Below are positions 8,647 through 17,306 of a DNA stretch of 64,000 nucleotides, piece after piece (within the stretch, counting starts at the first letter, position 1; every line of letters starts with the position of its first letter). Source of the DNA: Pseudomonadota bacterium (lineage in GTDB: Bacteria > Pseudomonadota > Alphaproteobacteria > Sphingomonadales > Sphingomonadaceae); assembly GCA_040388765.1 (NCBI GenBank), contig JAZKBG010000005.1, forward strand, positions 17,045 to 81,044, read 5' to 3'. Below the pieces are notes generated by a model, which worked only from the letters and a program-made list of their open reading frames with translations, did not search any database and was not told where the DNA came from. A program made the translations under genes and the position numbers.

Positions 8647-9947
8647 GCGGCGCAATCGGGCGGCGCGGCGTACTCGGCATTGGCACCGCTGCGGTGGTGA
8701 CCGCGGCCTTGCCGGCACAGGCGGCGCGGCGGTCGCCGTTTCTGTGGGGCGCGGCGACGGCGGGCCATCAGATCGAAGGCAACAACGTCAACGCCGATAT
8801 ATGGCTGCTGGAGCAGGTCAAGCCGACCGTGTTCGCGGAGCCGTCGGGCGACGCGTGTGACAGCCTCAATCGCTGGCGCGAAGACGTTGCGATCGTCAAG
8901 GCGCTCGGGCTGAACTGCTATCGCTTCTCCCTGGAATGGTCGCGGATCGAGCCTGCCCCGGGGCAGTTCAGCCAGGCCTATCTGGATCATTATGCCCGCA
9001 TCGTCGACCATTGCCGCGATCTCGGCCTCGCGCCGATCGTCACGTTCAACCACTTCACCTGCCCGCGCTGGTTCGCCGCCGCCGGTGGCTGGGAGAACAA
9101 GGACGCGCCGGATCTGTTTGCGCGCTATTGCGACAAGGTGGCTCGGGCGATGGGATCGGGCATCAGCCATGCCCTGACCTTCAACGAGCCGAACCTGGCA
9201 CTTGGCGGACGCTGGGCCGCGAGTCCGCCACCACCGGCATTCATGGACAAGATGGCGGCCTGTATCGCAGCGGCGGCAAAAGCCAGCGGATCGGATCGCT
9301 TTTCGCTGCTCAATGGTGGCGATCCCGCGCCGATGATCCCGGGCGTCACCGCCGCGCACGTAAAGGGACGCGAGGCGATTCGCGCCGTGCGGAGCGATCT
9401 GCCGATCGGCATGAGCCTGGCGATTCCTGACAATGTCCCGGTCGGTGCCGATAGCGGGATCGAGCGCAAGCGTGCCGAGATTTACGGGCCGTTCTTTGCA
9501 GTGATCGACAAGGACGATTTCGTCGGCGTCCAGACCTACGGACAGGCCTTTGTCGGTCGGGACCGGGACGTGGCGGCGCCCGCTGGCTCCGCGCAAGGCC
9601 CGGATGGCAAGGAATGGTTTCCGGCCGCGATCGGCAATGTCCTGCGCTATGTGCACAAGGCGACCGGAAAGCCGGTCATGGTCACTGAAAATGGCGTGGA
9701 TGCGGCGGACGATGCCAAGCGCCAGCGCTTCATCACCGAGGCGATTGCGTCTGTCCAGGCAGCGGCGCGAGACGGGGTGCCGGTACTCGGCTATATCCAT
9801 TGGTCGCTGCTCGACAATTTCGAATGGTTCTCGGGCTATGGCCCCAAGTTCGGCCTGGTCTCGGTCGATCGCACCACCTTCAAGCGCACGGTCAAGTCCA
9901 GCGCCCGCTTGCTCGGCCGGATTGCGAAGGCGGGCGGTGTGCGGTGA
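8643..9947 (+). CDS. GH1 family beta-glucosidase/beta-galactosidase, exported (Tat-type signal)
   Basis: 434 aa. Twin-arginine leader IGRRGVLGIGTAAVVTAALPAQA, then WGAATAGHQIEGNN, the acid/base motif TFNEPN and the nucleophile motif VTENG. ATGA overlap with the upstream gene. Confidence 0.88.
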   Translation: MSGAIGRRGVLGIGTAAVVTAALPAQAARRSPFLWGAATAGHQIEGNNVNADIWLLEQVKPTVFAEPSGDACDSLNRWREDVAIVKALGLNCYRFSLEWSRIEPAPGQFSQAYLDHYARIVDHCRDLGLAPIVTFNHFTCPRWFAAAGGWENKDAPDLFARYCDKVARAMGSGISHALTFNEPNLALGGRWAASPPPPAFMDKMAACIAAAAKASGSDRFSLLNGGDPAPMIPGVTAAHVKGREAIRAVRSDLPIGMSLAIPDNVPVGADSGIERKRAEIYGPFFAVIDKDDFVGVQTYGQAFVGRDRDVAAPAGSAQGPDGKEWFPAAIGNVLRYVHKATGKPVMVTENGVDAADDAKRQRFITEAIASVQAAARDGVPVLGYIHWSLLDNFEWFSGYGPKFGLVSVDRTTFKRTVKSSARLLGRIAKAGGVR

Positions 9948-11155
9948 CAGCACCGTTTCTTTGGGGCGCAGCAACCGCCGGGCACCAGATCGAAGGCAAT
10001 AATGTGAATGCGGATATCTGGCTGCTCGAGCAGGTGCCGGGGACATCGTTCCGGGAACCATCGGGCGACGCCTGCGACAGCCTGAACCGCTGGCAGGAAG
10101 ACATTGCGATAGTCCGTCGCCTCGGCCTTGGCGCCTATCGCTTCTCCACCGAATGGTCGCGGATCGAGCCGGCCGAGGGACAGTTCAGCCAAGCATGGCT
10201 CGGTCACTATGCGCGGATCGCCGCGACCTGCCGTGAGTGCGGGATCGCGCCCGTCGTGACGTTGAGCCATTTCACTTCGCCGCGCTGGTTCGCCGCAACC
10301 GGTGGCTGGGGCAACGCGCAGGCGCCGCAGCTTTTCGCGCGCTTCGCCGGTCGGGTAGCGCAGGCGCTGGCACCCTTTGCCAGCCATGTCATCACCTTCA
10401 ACGAACCCAATCTGCCGCTGATGGGAAAATGGAGCGCAACGCCGATCGCCGATCCCATCCGCACCGGGTTGGATGCAATGCTGGCAGCGGCTGCGCATGC
10501 CAGCGGATCGGACCGCTACGACGTTTGGGTCTATTCGCGCGGGGAGCATCTGGAATCGCTCTTGGCCGGGCATCGCGCCGCGCGGCTGACCTGGAAGAAT
10601 GTCCGCCCGGATACCTATATCGGCATGAGTCTGGCGATCCCAGATACCCAGGGCGTGGGCAGCGAGGCCGGTGTGGCAGCCTATCGCCGGCATGCCGAGG
10701 CGCCGTTCTTCGCCGCTGCGCGCGACGATGATTTCATCGGCGTGCAAACCTATGGCCGGCTGCGGCTGGGTGCCGATGCAGTCCTGCCGCCACCCGATGG
10801 CGCTGAACGCACCCAATCGGGCGATGAATTCTATCCGCAGGCGCTGGGTGCGGCGGTGACCCATGGGCACCGCGAAACCGGCAAGCCGGTGTTCGTGACA
10901 GAAAATGGCATCGCCGCGGCGGACGACGCGCAACGGGCGCGCTACATCCTTGCCGCAATCGCCTCGCTAAGTGCCGCGCGCCGCGCCGGCGCGCCGGTGA
11001 TCGGCTATCTCCACTGGTCGCTGCTCGATAATTTCGAGTGGCGGCGCGGATATTCGCAGCAATTCGGCCTGGTTGCGGTCGATCGCCGCAGCTTCACGCG
11101 GACCCCCAAGCCAAGCGCGCGCCTGTATGCGGATATCGTGCGGAGCGCGGCATGA
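9944..11155 (+). CDS. GH1 family beta-glucosidase, no signal peptide (cytoplasmic paralogue)
   Basis: The ORF track entry starts at 9800. Homology to the preceding GH1 begins at VTAPFLWGAATAGHQIEGNN, so the start is placed at GTG 9944, overlapping the upstream TGA (GTGA). TFNEPN and VTENG motifs are present. Confidence 0.85.
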   Translation: MTAPFLWGAATAGHQIEGNNVNADIWLLEQVPGTSFREPSGDACDSLNRWQEDIAIVRRLGLGAYRFSTEWSRIEPAEGQFSQAWLGHYARIAATCRECGIAPVVTLSHFTSPRWFAATGGWGNAQAPQLFARFAGRVAQALAPFASHVITFNEPNLPLMGKWSATPIADPIRTGLDAMLAAAAHASGSDRYDVWVYSRGEHLESLLAGHRAARLTWKNVRPDTYIGMSLAIPDTQGVGSEAGVAAYRRHAEAPFFAAARDDDFIGVQTYGRLRLGADAVLPPPDGAERTQSGDEFYPQALGAAVTHGHRETGKPVFVTENGIAAADDAQRARYILAAIASLSAARRAGAPVIGYLHWSLLDNFEWRRGYSQQFGLVAVDRRSFTRTPKPSARLYADIVRSAA

Positions 11156-12123
11156 ACGCGAAGACACTGCTGTGCGTCATCGCGTCATTGGTGATCGGCG
11201 GCGTGGCGCAGGCACAAGTGGCGGGATTGCCGCCGGCTGCTGGGATCAGCGCAGAGGCGCGCGCATCGCTGGCGGCGGATGCTTCGCGCCCGGCGTCGGG
11301 CCCTGCCATTGCCGACCGACGCGCGCGGATCGAGGCGATCCAGCAGGAAATCGGCGGCCGGATGCTGGTCCGCTACGGCGTAACCATGGCGGATGGCGAG
11401 ATTGCGGGAATTCCGGTGCGTAGCTTCACGCCCAAGGGATGGCGGCCCGGCGGGCCAATCCTGATGAACCTGCACGGCGGAGGCTTCGTTGTCGATTCCG
11501 GATCGCGCACCGAAAATATCCCGATCGCCGCGCTGACCGGTTATCGGGTGGTGGCGGTCCTGTACCGGCTTGCGCCCGAGCATGTGTTTTCGGCCGCCCT
11601 CGACGATGCCGAGTCAGTGTACCGCGTGCTCCGCGCCGACACGTCTAACGGTCGGGTCGGCGTCTACGGCACGTCGGCGGGCGCAATCCTGACTGCAGAA
11701 CTGATTGCCCGGCTGAAGGCAAAGGCCGTGCCCTTGCCGGCGGCGATCGGAATTTTCTCCGGCACGGCCGATCTAGCCTCCACCAATGACGATTCGGCGC
11801 AGTTGTACGGCGGTCCGGGAATGGATGCCGTTGCGCAACTCTATGCCGGCGAACACGACCTGGAAGATCCGGCATTCTCTCCCTTGCGGGGTGATCTCAG
11901 CGGCTGGCCGCCAGCGCTGTGCCTGACGAGCGGCCGGGATTTTCTGCTGGGTGCCACCGCCGCCTTGTGCCGTGAGATCGACGCGGCCGGCGGTACGGCG
12001 ACGCTGCATTTGTTTGACGGCTTGCCGCATGCCTTCTGGGCCTATGTCGAGGCGCCCGAAAGCGACGCTGCTTTCATGCTGATGGCCCGTTTTCTTCAGC
12101 GTCATCTGGGAGCCAAGCAATGA
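11152..12123 (+). CDS. Alpha/beta hydrolase fold-3 carboxylesterase/lipase (HSL-like), exported
   Basis: Start set at ATG 11152 (ATGA overlap), giving signal MNAKTLLCVIASLVIGGVAQAQ. HGGGF oxyanion motif and GTSAGA nucleophile elbow. Confidence 0.85.
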   Translation: MNAKTLLCVIASLVIGGVAQAQVAGLPPAAGISAEARASLAADASRPASGPAIADRRARIEAIQQEIGGRMLVRYGVTMADGEIAGIPVRSFTPKGWRPGGPILMNLHGGGFVVDSGSRTENIPIAALTGYRVVAVLYRLAPEHVFSAALDDAESVYRVLRADTSNGRVGVYGTSAGAILTAELIARLKAKAVPLPAAIGIFSGTADLASTNDDSAQLYGGPGMDAVAQLYAGEHDLEDPAFSPLRGDLSGWPPALCLTSGRDFLLGATAALCREIDAAGGTATLHLFDGLPHAFWAYVEAPESDAAFMLMARFLQRHLGAKQ

Positions 12124-13169
12124 TCCGAAAGGCGTGGACGATTTTTGCGGGCGCCTGTGCGGTTTTGGCGCCGGCGCATGCGCAAGAGGTGGGGCCGGTG
12201 CAAGTCCTTGGCTTTACGCTGCCGACATCGAACCAGCTGAGTCCCGAGGCTCGGATCGTGCTGGCGCGTATGAACGACGCCAAGGCGCCCGATCTCAAAG
12301 GCGACATCGCGAAGTCGCGCGCCTTTTACGGAAAATGGAATGACGACCGCCTGGTCGAGGTGCGGCGTCATTTCGCGACGCGCGAGGCGCGCGTGCAGCT
12401 GGGCGGCGTCATCGTCGACATCGTGACGCCCACAGCCGGCGTGCCGCGCGCCAATGCCGGGCGGGTGCTGATAAACGTTCATGGCGGTGCGTTCATATGG
12501 GGCGGCGGCAGCGGTGCGCTGGTCGAAGCGATTCCCATTGCGGCAACCATGGGCGTAAAGGTCGTCACCGTCGATTATCGGCTCGCGCCCGAACACAAAT
12601 ATCCGGCGGCGTCGGAAGACGTGACCGCAGTCTATCGCGCACTGCTCAAAGAATATCGCCCAGAGAATATCGGCATCTATGGCTGTTCCGCCGGCGGGAT
12701 AATCACCGCACAGGCGGTGTCCTGGATCCGCCGCCAAGGCCTGCCCCGGCCTGGTGCGATTGGCACGCTATGTGGCACCGGCGCGCCGTATAGCGGCGAT
12801 AGCGCCTATCTTTCGGGACCGTTGGCAGGGGGTTCGCCGATGATCAGCGGCCCGTTGCCCGACATCCTGCCGACCGCCTATATGGCGGGCGTCCCGGCCA
12901 GCGACGCAGCCGCCTATCCGCTTGCCGACAAAGCCGAGACCCGGACCTTCCCGCCGACGCTGTTGCTGGCGGGCGGCCGCGATTTCGCAGTGAGTGGCCT
13001 GACCCTGGCGCATCGCCGGCTTACCGCGGCGGGCGTGCCGTCGGAACTCTATCTGTTCGACGGGCTGCCGCATGCTTTCTTTATGTGGCCGGATATGCCG
13101 GAATCGATCGAGACCTATGGCTTGATCGCACGCTTCTTCGATCATCATCTCGGCAGGCGTGCGCGCTGA
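12120..13169 (+). CDS. Alpha/beta hydrolase fold-3 carboxylesterase/lipase (HSL-like), exported
   Basis: 349 aa. Signal MIRKAWTIFAGACAVLAPAHAQ, HGGAF and GCSAGG motifs. ATGA overlap with the upstream esterase. Confidence 0.85.
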   Translation: MIRKAWTIFAGACAVLAPAHAQEVGPVQVLGFTLPTSNQLSPEARIVLARMNDAKAPDLKGDIAKSRAFYGKWNDDRLVEVRRHFATREARVQLGGVIVDIVTPTAGVPRANAGRVLINVHGGAFIWGGGSGALVEAIPIAATMGVKVVTVDYRLAPEHKYPAASEDVTAVYRALLKEYRPENIGIYGCSAGGIITAQAVSWIRRQGLPRPGAIGTLCGTGAPYSGDSAYLSGPLAGGSPMISGPLPDILPTAYMAGVPASDAAAYPLADKAETRTFPPTLLLAGGRDFAVSGLTLAHRRLTAAGVPSELYLFDGLPHAFFMWPDMPESIETYGLIARFFDHHLGRRAR

Positions 13170-14395
13170 TGCGGATACGAACCATCGTCGCGCTGGCGCT
13201 GACCTACGCTCTGCTCGGCATCCTGATGAACAGTGTCGGCGTGGTGATCCTGCAATCGATCCGCCATCTGAACGCGACCAAGGTGATGGGATCGAGCCTG
13301 GAGGCCTGCAAGGACCTGTCGGTCGTCGCGGCATCCTTCCTCCTGGCAACCCGCGTCCCTGCGTTCGGATACCGGCGGGCGCTGATCGCGGTGCTGGCGG
13401 TGATGGCCGGCGCTTGCCTGGCCGCTTCGTTCGCCAGCACCTTCCTTGCCATGCAATTGCTGTTCGTCGTGACCGGCCTGAATTTCGGAGTGGCGAAGAT
13501 CGCGACCTATTCGACGATCGGCCTGCTCGCCCGCGACCCGGCCGACCATGCCAGCATCACTGGCACGATCGAGGGCGTATTCATGGTTGGCGTGCTCGCC
13601 GGCGCCTGGCTGTTCGGATGGTTCATCGGCCCGGATGACCAGAGCGGTGCCTGGCTGCACGTCTATTGGCTGCTCGCCGGGTTGTGCGCCGTAGCGGCGC
13701 TGATGTGGCTGACGTTGCGTCTGGACGAGCGCGAAGCGGTGGCGGATGAGACGGATGCGCCTGCCGGATGGCGTGCGATGCTAGGGCTTGCCCTGCTCCC
13801 GGCGACGGTGGGCGTGCTTGCCGGGCTGTTCTTCTATGTCCTGATCGAACAGGGCATCGGCACCTGGCTGCCGACGTTCAACAGCGAGGTGCTTCATCTC
13901 CCGGCGGCGATGAGCGTGCAGATGTCGAGCATCTTCCTCGCCGCGCTCGCTCTGGGCAGGCTGGCGTCGGGCATCGTGCTTCGCCGGATTTCCTGGCTAC
14001 CGGTGCTGCTCGGCTGCCTGGCCGCAATCGCTATCATCGTTGTAGCAACGCTGCCGCTGGCGCATGGCGTGGAGCCGCGCGCGGAAAATGGCTGGGCCAA
14101 TACTCCCCTCGCCGCCTATCTCTTCCCGCTGCTCGGCCTGTTCCTGGCACCGATCTATCCCACGATATGCTCGGTGGCACTCAGCGCATTGCCGCGCCAC
14201 CGCCATCCGCCGATGGTAGGGCTGATCGTGATCTTCTCAGCCCTTGGCGGGACGATCGGCTCGTTCATCACCGGCATGCTGTTCCAGCATCTGCCCGGCG
14301 CCCTTGCCTTCTACTTCGTGCTGGTGCCGATCGGGCTGATCGCGCTGCTGCTTCCCGCGATCCGCGCGCGCCAGGTGCGGGGGCTGGCCGCATGA
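13169..14395 (+). CDS. MFS transporter (probable sugar/glycoside permease)
   Basis: Start placed at ATG 13169 (TGATG overlap), MRIRTIVALALTYALLG. About 12 predicted hydrophobic spans. The upstream 28 codons of the tracked ORF overlap the esterase gene. Confidence 0.8.
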   Translation: MRIRTIVALALTYALLGILMNSVGVVILQSIRHLNATKVMGSSLEACKDLSVVAASFLLATRVPAFGYRRALIAVLAVMAGACLAASFASTFLAMQLLFVVTGLNFGVAKIATYSTIGLLARDPADHASITGTIEGVFMVGVLAGAWLFGWFIGPDDQSGAWLHVYWLLAGLCAVAALMWLTLRLDEREAVADETDAPAGWRAMLGLALLPATVGVLAGLFFYVLIEQGIGTWLPTFNSEVLHLPAAMSVQMSSIFLAALALGRLASGIVLRRISWLPVLLGCLAAIAIIVVATLPLAHGVEPRAENGWANTPLAAYLFPLLGLFLAPIYPTICSVALSALPRHRHPPMVGLIVIFSALGGTIGSFITGMLFQHLPGALAFYFVLVPIGLIALLLPAIRARQVRGLAA

Positions 14396-15906
14396 ACCGG
14401 CCCAGTTCCCCGGCCCAGCTGTTTGGCCCGCTATTCGCCGCGGTGCAGGAGCGCGGCCTTTTCGCGGACTCCAAGACATTCGCTGATGCCATCCCGCGCT
14501 ACCCCGCAGGCCAGATAATGTCCGACTGGCAATCCGAGACACCGGACACGGACGCAGCGTTGCGTGCTTTCGTCGCATCCCATTTCGACGTGCCTGCCGA
14601 GAATGTGCCGCCGCTGCTGGATGCCCGACCGCTTGCGCCGCACATCTGCGCGCTCTGGGATGAACTTACTCGCACCGCCACCAGCGCGCCGGGTTCCTCC
14701 GAGATCGACCTACCGAAGCCTTTCGTAGTGCCCGGCGGGCGCTTTCGCGAGCTCTATTATTGGGACAGCTATTTCACGATGCTGGGCCTAGCGCGATCTG
14801 GCCGGCAGGAGTTGATCGAAGACATGATCGTCGATTTCGGCAGTCTACTCGATCGCTTTGGGTGCATCCCCAACGGGACGCGCAGCTACTATCTCACCCG
14901 TTCGCACCCGCCATTCTTCTACTTGATGGCCGGCTTATCGCGCGACCGCTCCGAAACGGCGCGGCGGTCCCGCCTCCGGTGGATGGAAATCGAGCACGCT
15001 TTCTGGATGGACGGAGCAGAGGCTCTGCCACCCGACGCTCAGACTCGGCGAGTGGTGCGGATGGCAGACGGTTCGCTACTGAACCGCTATTGGGACGACA
15101 GCGACGCTCCGCGTGACGAGTCTTGGCGCGAAGACATTGATCTGGCGGCGTCGGCAATGGGCCGAAAGCCCAGCGATCTGTGGAGGGATATTCGAGCCTC
15201 AGCGGAAAGCGGTTGGGATTTCAGCTCGCGGTGGCTGGCGGATGGGGCCTCGCTGGCGACGATACGGACGACACGCATTGTGCCGATTGACCTTAATTGC
15301 CTGCTATGCGGCCTCGAACAGGCGATTTCGCGGGAGGCGGCACTGATCGGCCAGGAGAGGAAGGCCGCTCGATTTTCAGCTTATGCGTGGTCGCGTAACG
15401 CGGCAATTGCATCCCATCTGTGGGACGACTCACGGGGCCATTACTCCGACTTCGACCTGGATTCAGCGTTAGTTTGCGATAGGCTGACCGGGGCCGCCGC
15501 CTTTCCACTGTTCGTTGGCATAGCCGACGAAACGCGCGCTCTGCACACCGTTGCGGCGCTTACGAAGCTGCTTCGCCCCGGCGGCCTAGTGACGACCCCT
15601 AGCACGACCGGTGAGCAATGGGACGCGCCGAACGGTTGGGCCCCGCTGCAGTGGATCGCGGTGGCGGGGTTGCGACGTTATGGTGAGAATACCTTGGCTG
15701 ACGAGATCGCCAATCGCTGGCTGGCGATGGTCGAGGATCAGTATCGCGCGACCGGTCAGCTCCTCGAAAAATATGATGTCGAGCAGCTCGGTGTCGGCAC
15801 AGGCGGCGAATATGTCACTGAAACCGGCTTTGGCTGGACCAATGGGGTGGCGCTAGAATTGCTCGCAACCCGCAGCATTACCCAAAATCAGTCGCAGAAA
15901 GCGTAA
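14392..15906 (+). CDS. Trehalase (GH37), cytoplasmic type
   Basis: The trehalase signatures PGGRFRELYYWDSYFTMLGL and QWDAPNGWAPLQW are both present. Start placed at ATG 14392 (ATGA overlap with the MFS stop). No signal peptide. The 208 upstream codons of the tracked 712-aa ORF overlap the MFS gene out of frame. Confidence 0.9.
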   Translation: MNRPSSPAQLFGPLFAAVQERGLFADSKTFADAIPRYPAGQIMSDWQSETPDTDAALRAFVASHFDVPAENVPPLLDARPLAPHICALWDELTRTATSAPGSSEIDLPKPFVVPGGRFRELYYWDSYFTMLGLARSGRQELIEDMIVDFGSLLDRFGCIPNGTRSYYLTRSHPPFFYLMAGLSRDRSETARRSRLRWMEIEHAFWMDGAEALPPDAQTRRVVRMADGSLLNRYWDDSDAPRDESWREDIDLAASAMGRKPSDLWRDIRASAESGWDFSSRWLADGASLATIRTTRIVPIDLNCLLCGLEQAISREAALIGQERKAARFSAYAWSRNAAIASHLWDDSRGHYSDFDLDSALVCDRLTGAAAFPLFVGIADETRALHTVAALTKLLRPGGLVTTPSTTGEQWDAPNGWAPLQWIAVAGLRRYGENTLADEIANRWLAMVEDQYRATGQLLEKYDVEQLGVGTGGEYVTETGFGWTNGVALELLATRSITQNQSQKA

Positions 15907-17306
15907 TGGAGAATGGAGAGTCCAAGATGAGCACCAAAACCAAAAATATCGCACGCTGGTCCGGCATCTTGCTGCTCACGACCGTAGCGATTGGATCTAC
16001 TCCCCTGCGGGCCCTCACGCTGCAGGCACAATCAGCGGCCCTTACCATCGCGCAAACTGTCCTGGTTGCCAAGGCCAAGACACTGGGCGCGACCGATGTC
16101 ACAACGCGCCCCGCGCCCAAGGGCGGCTTCACCTTGGGGGGCAAGCTGGAGGGCGATCAGTTCGCGGTCTCGTTCCCTGCCAATTGGAACGGCAAAGCAT
16201 TGCTGTTTGCGCATGGCTATTCGACGCCCGGATCGCCCATCGCCGTTTCCGAAGATCCGACGGCGAAGGGCACTGGCGCGGGCGGCATCCTTGCCGCGGC
16301 CTATGAAGATGGTGTCGCCGCCGGCCACTCTGCCTATGACAAAGCCGGCATGGGCGTGGAGACCGCCACGGTGAACACGCTGCGCCTGCGCAACTTCCTC
16401 GCCAAGCTGGGCGCCAAGCGCGTCTATATCAGTGGCGGATCAATGGGCGGCAATATCGTCCTTTCGCTGATCGAGCAGCATCCGCGCGCCTTCGCCGGCG
16501 GGCTTGCAGCCTGCGGCGTTACCAATGGCTGGGAATCGCTGTTCGGGCAGCTGATCGACATGCGCGTCACCTATAATTACCTGACGCGCGGGACACCCTA
16601 TGCGCTGCCAGGGGACAAGGATGCGACGCACACTGCGCTGCCGACCCTGCCGCCTTCCGGTGACGCCACCAATCCCGAAGCATATCGGTGGCAGCAGATC
16701 GGCAGGATCGCCACTCCAGTGCTCGCGTTGTTCAAGGCGGCCGCCGCCAATCCAAATGGCCCGGAGGCCAGGATCGCCCGTCAGGTCGCGGCAGTGGGCG
16801 GCTTCGAGGCCGAGCCTGCCTCAGTCGCATATCCACTGGTCACGGCAACGCTCGGTGCGGACGATCTGGTGCAAACCCTGGGCGGCCAGATCTATGGCAA
16901 TGTCGGCAAGGCCTATGTGGTGCCGGAAATGACCGCCGCCGAGTTGGCGTCGTTCAACCAGGGGGTGCAACGCATCCATGCCGACAAGGCGGCGGTGGCG
17001 AATGCGCGCCGTTGGCATCAGGCGACCGGCCGTTTCCAGGTGCCCTTGGTTACCATCCACAACCAAATCGACTCGCTCGTCCCCTATTCGCAAAATGAAG
17101 CGCTGGGGCGGATCGTTCGCGCCGCCGGCAATGAGCGGCGCTTGGTTCGCTTCACCGTGCCTGCGGTGAAGGCGCCGCTTCCGATCGGCGGCGTCGAGGG
17201 CTATACCCATTGCGGGTTCAGCACCGAGCAAGGGGCCGCGGCCTGGCGTGCGCTGTACAGCTGGGCGGAAACCGGCAAGCGGCCGGCGCCCGACGCGGTA
17301 AAATGA
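15906..17306 (+). CDS. Secreted alpha/beta-hydrolase-like protein, paralogue of 7279-8646
   Basis: 466 aa, collinear with the 455-aa protein (GGSMGGNIVLSLIEQHPRAF, HNQIDSLVPYSQNEALGR, GYTHCGF). Alternative start at ATG 15927 after GGAGAG. Confidence 0.6.
   Translation: MENGESKMSTKTKNIARWSGILLLTTVAIGSTPLRALTLQAQSAALTIAQTVLVAKAKTLGATDVTTRPAPKGGFTLGGKLEGDQFAVSFPANWNGKALLFAHGYSTPGSPIAVSEDPTAKGTGAGGILAAAYEDGVAAGHSAYDKAGMGVETATVNTLRLRNFLAKLGAKRVYISGGSMGGNIVLSLIEQHPRAFAGGLAACGVTNGWESLFGQLIDMRVTYNYLTRGTPYALPGDKDATHTALPTLPPSGDATNPEAYRWQQIGRIATPVLALFKAAAANPNGPEARIARQVAAVGGFEAEPASVAYPLVTATLGADDLVQTLGGQIYGNVGKAYVVPEMTAAELASFNQGVQRIHADKAAVANARRWHQATGRFQVPLVTIHNQIDSLVPYSQNEALGRIVRAAGNERRLVRFTVPAVKAPLPIGGVEGYTHCGFSTEQGAAAWRALYSWAETGKRPAPDAVK

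Noticed and set aside
13768-14391. 208-codon N-terminal extension of the trehalase ORF (tracked as 712 aa)
   Set aside because: It overlaps the MFS permease gene out of frame and has low-complexity Arg/Ala/Pro-rich composition. Trehalase homology starts right after the ATG at 14392, which forms an ATGA overlap with the MFS stop.
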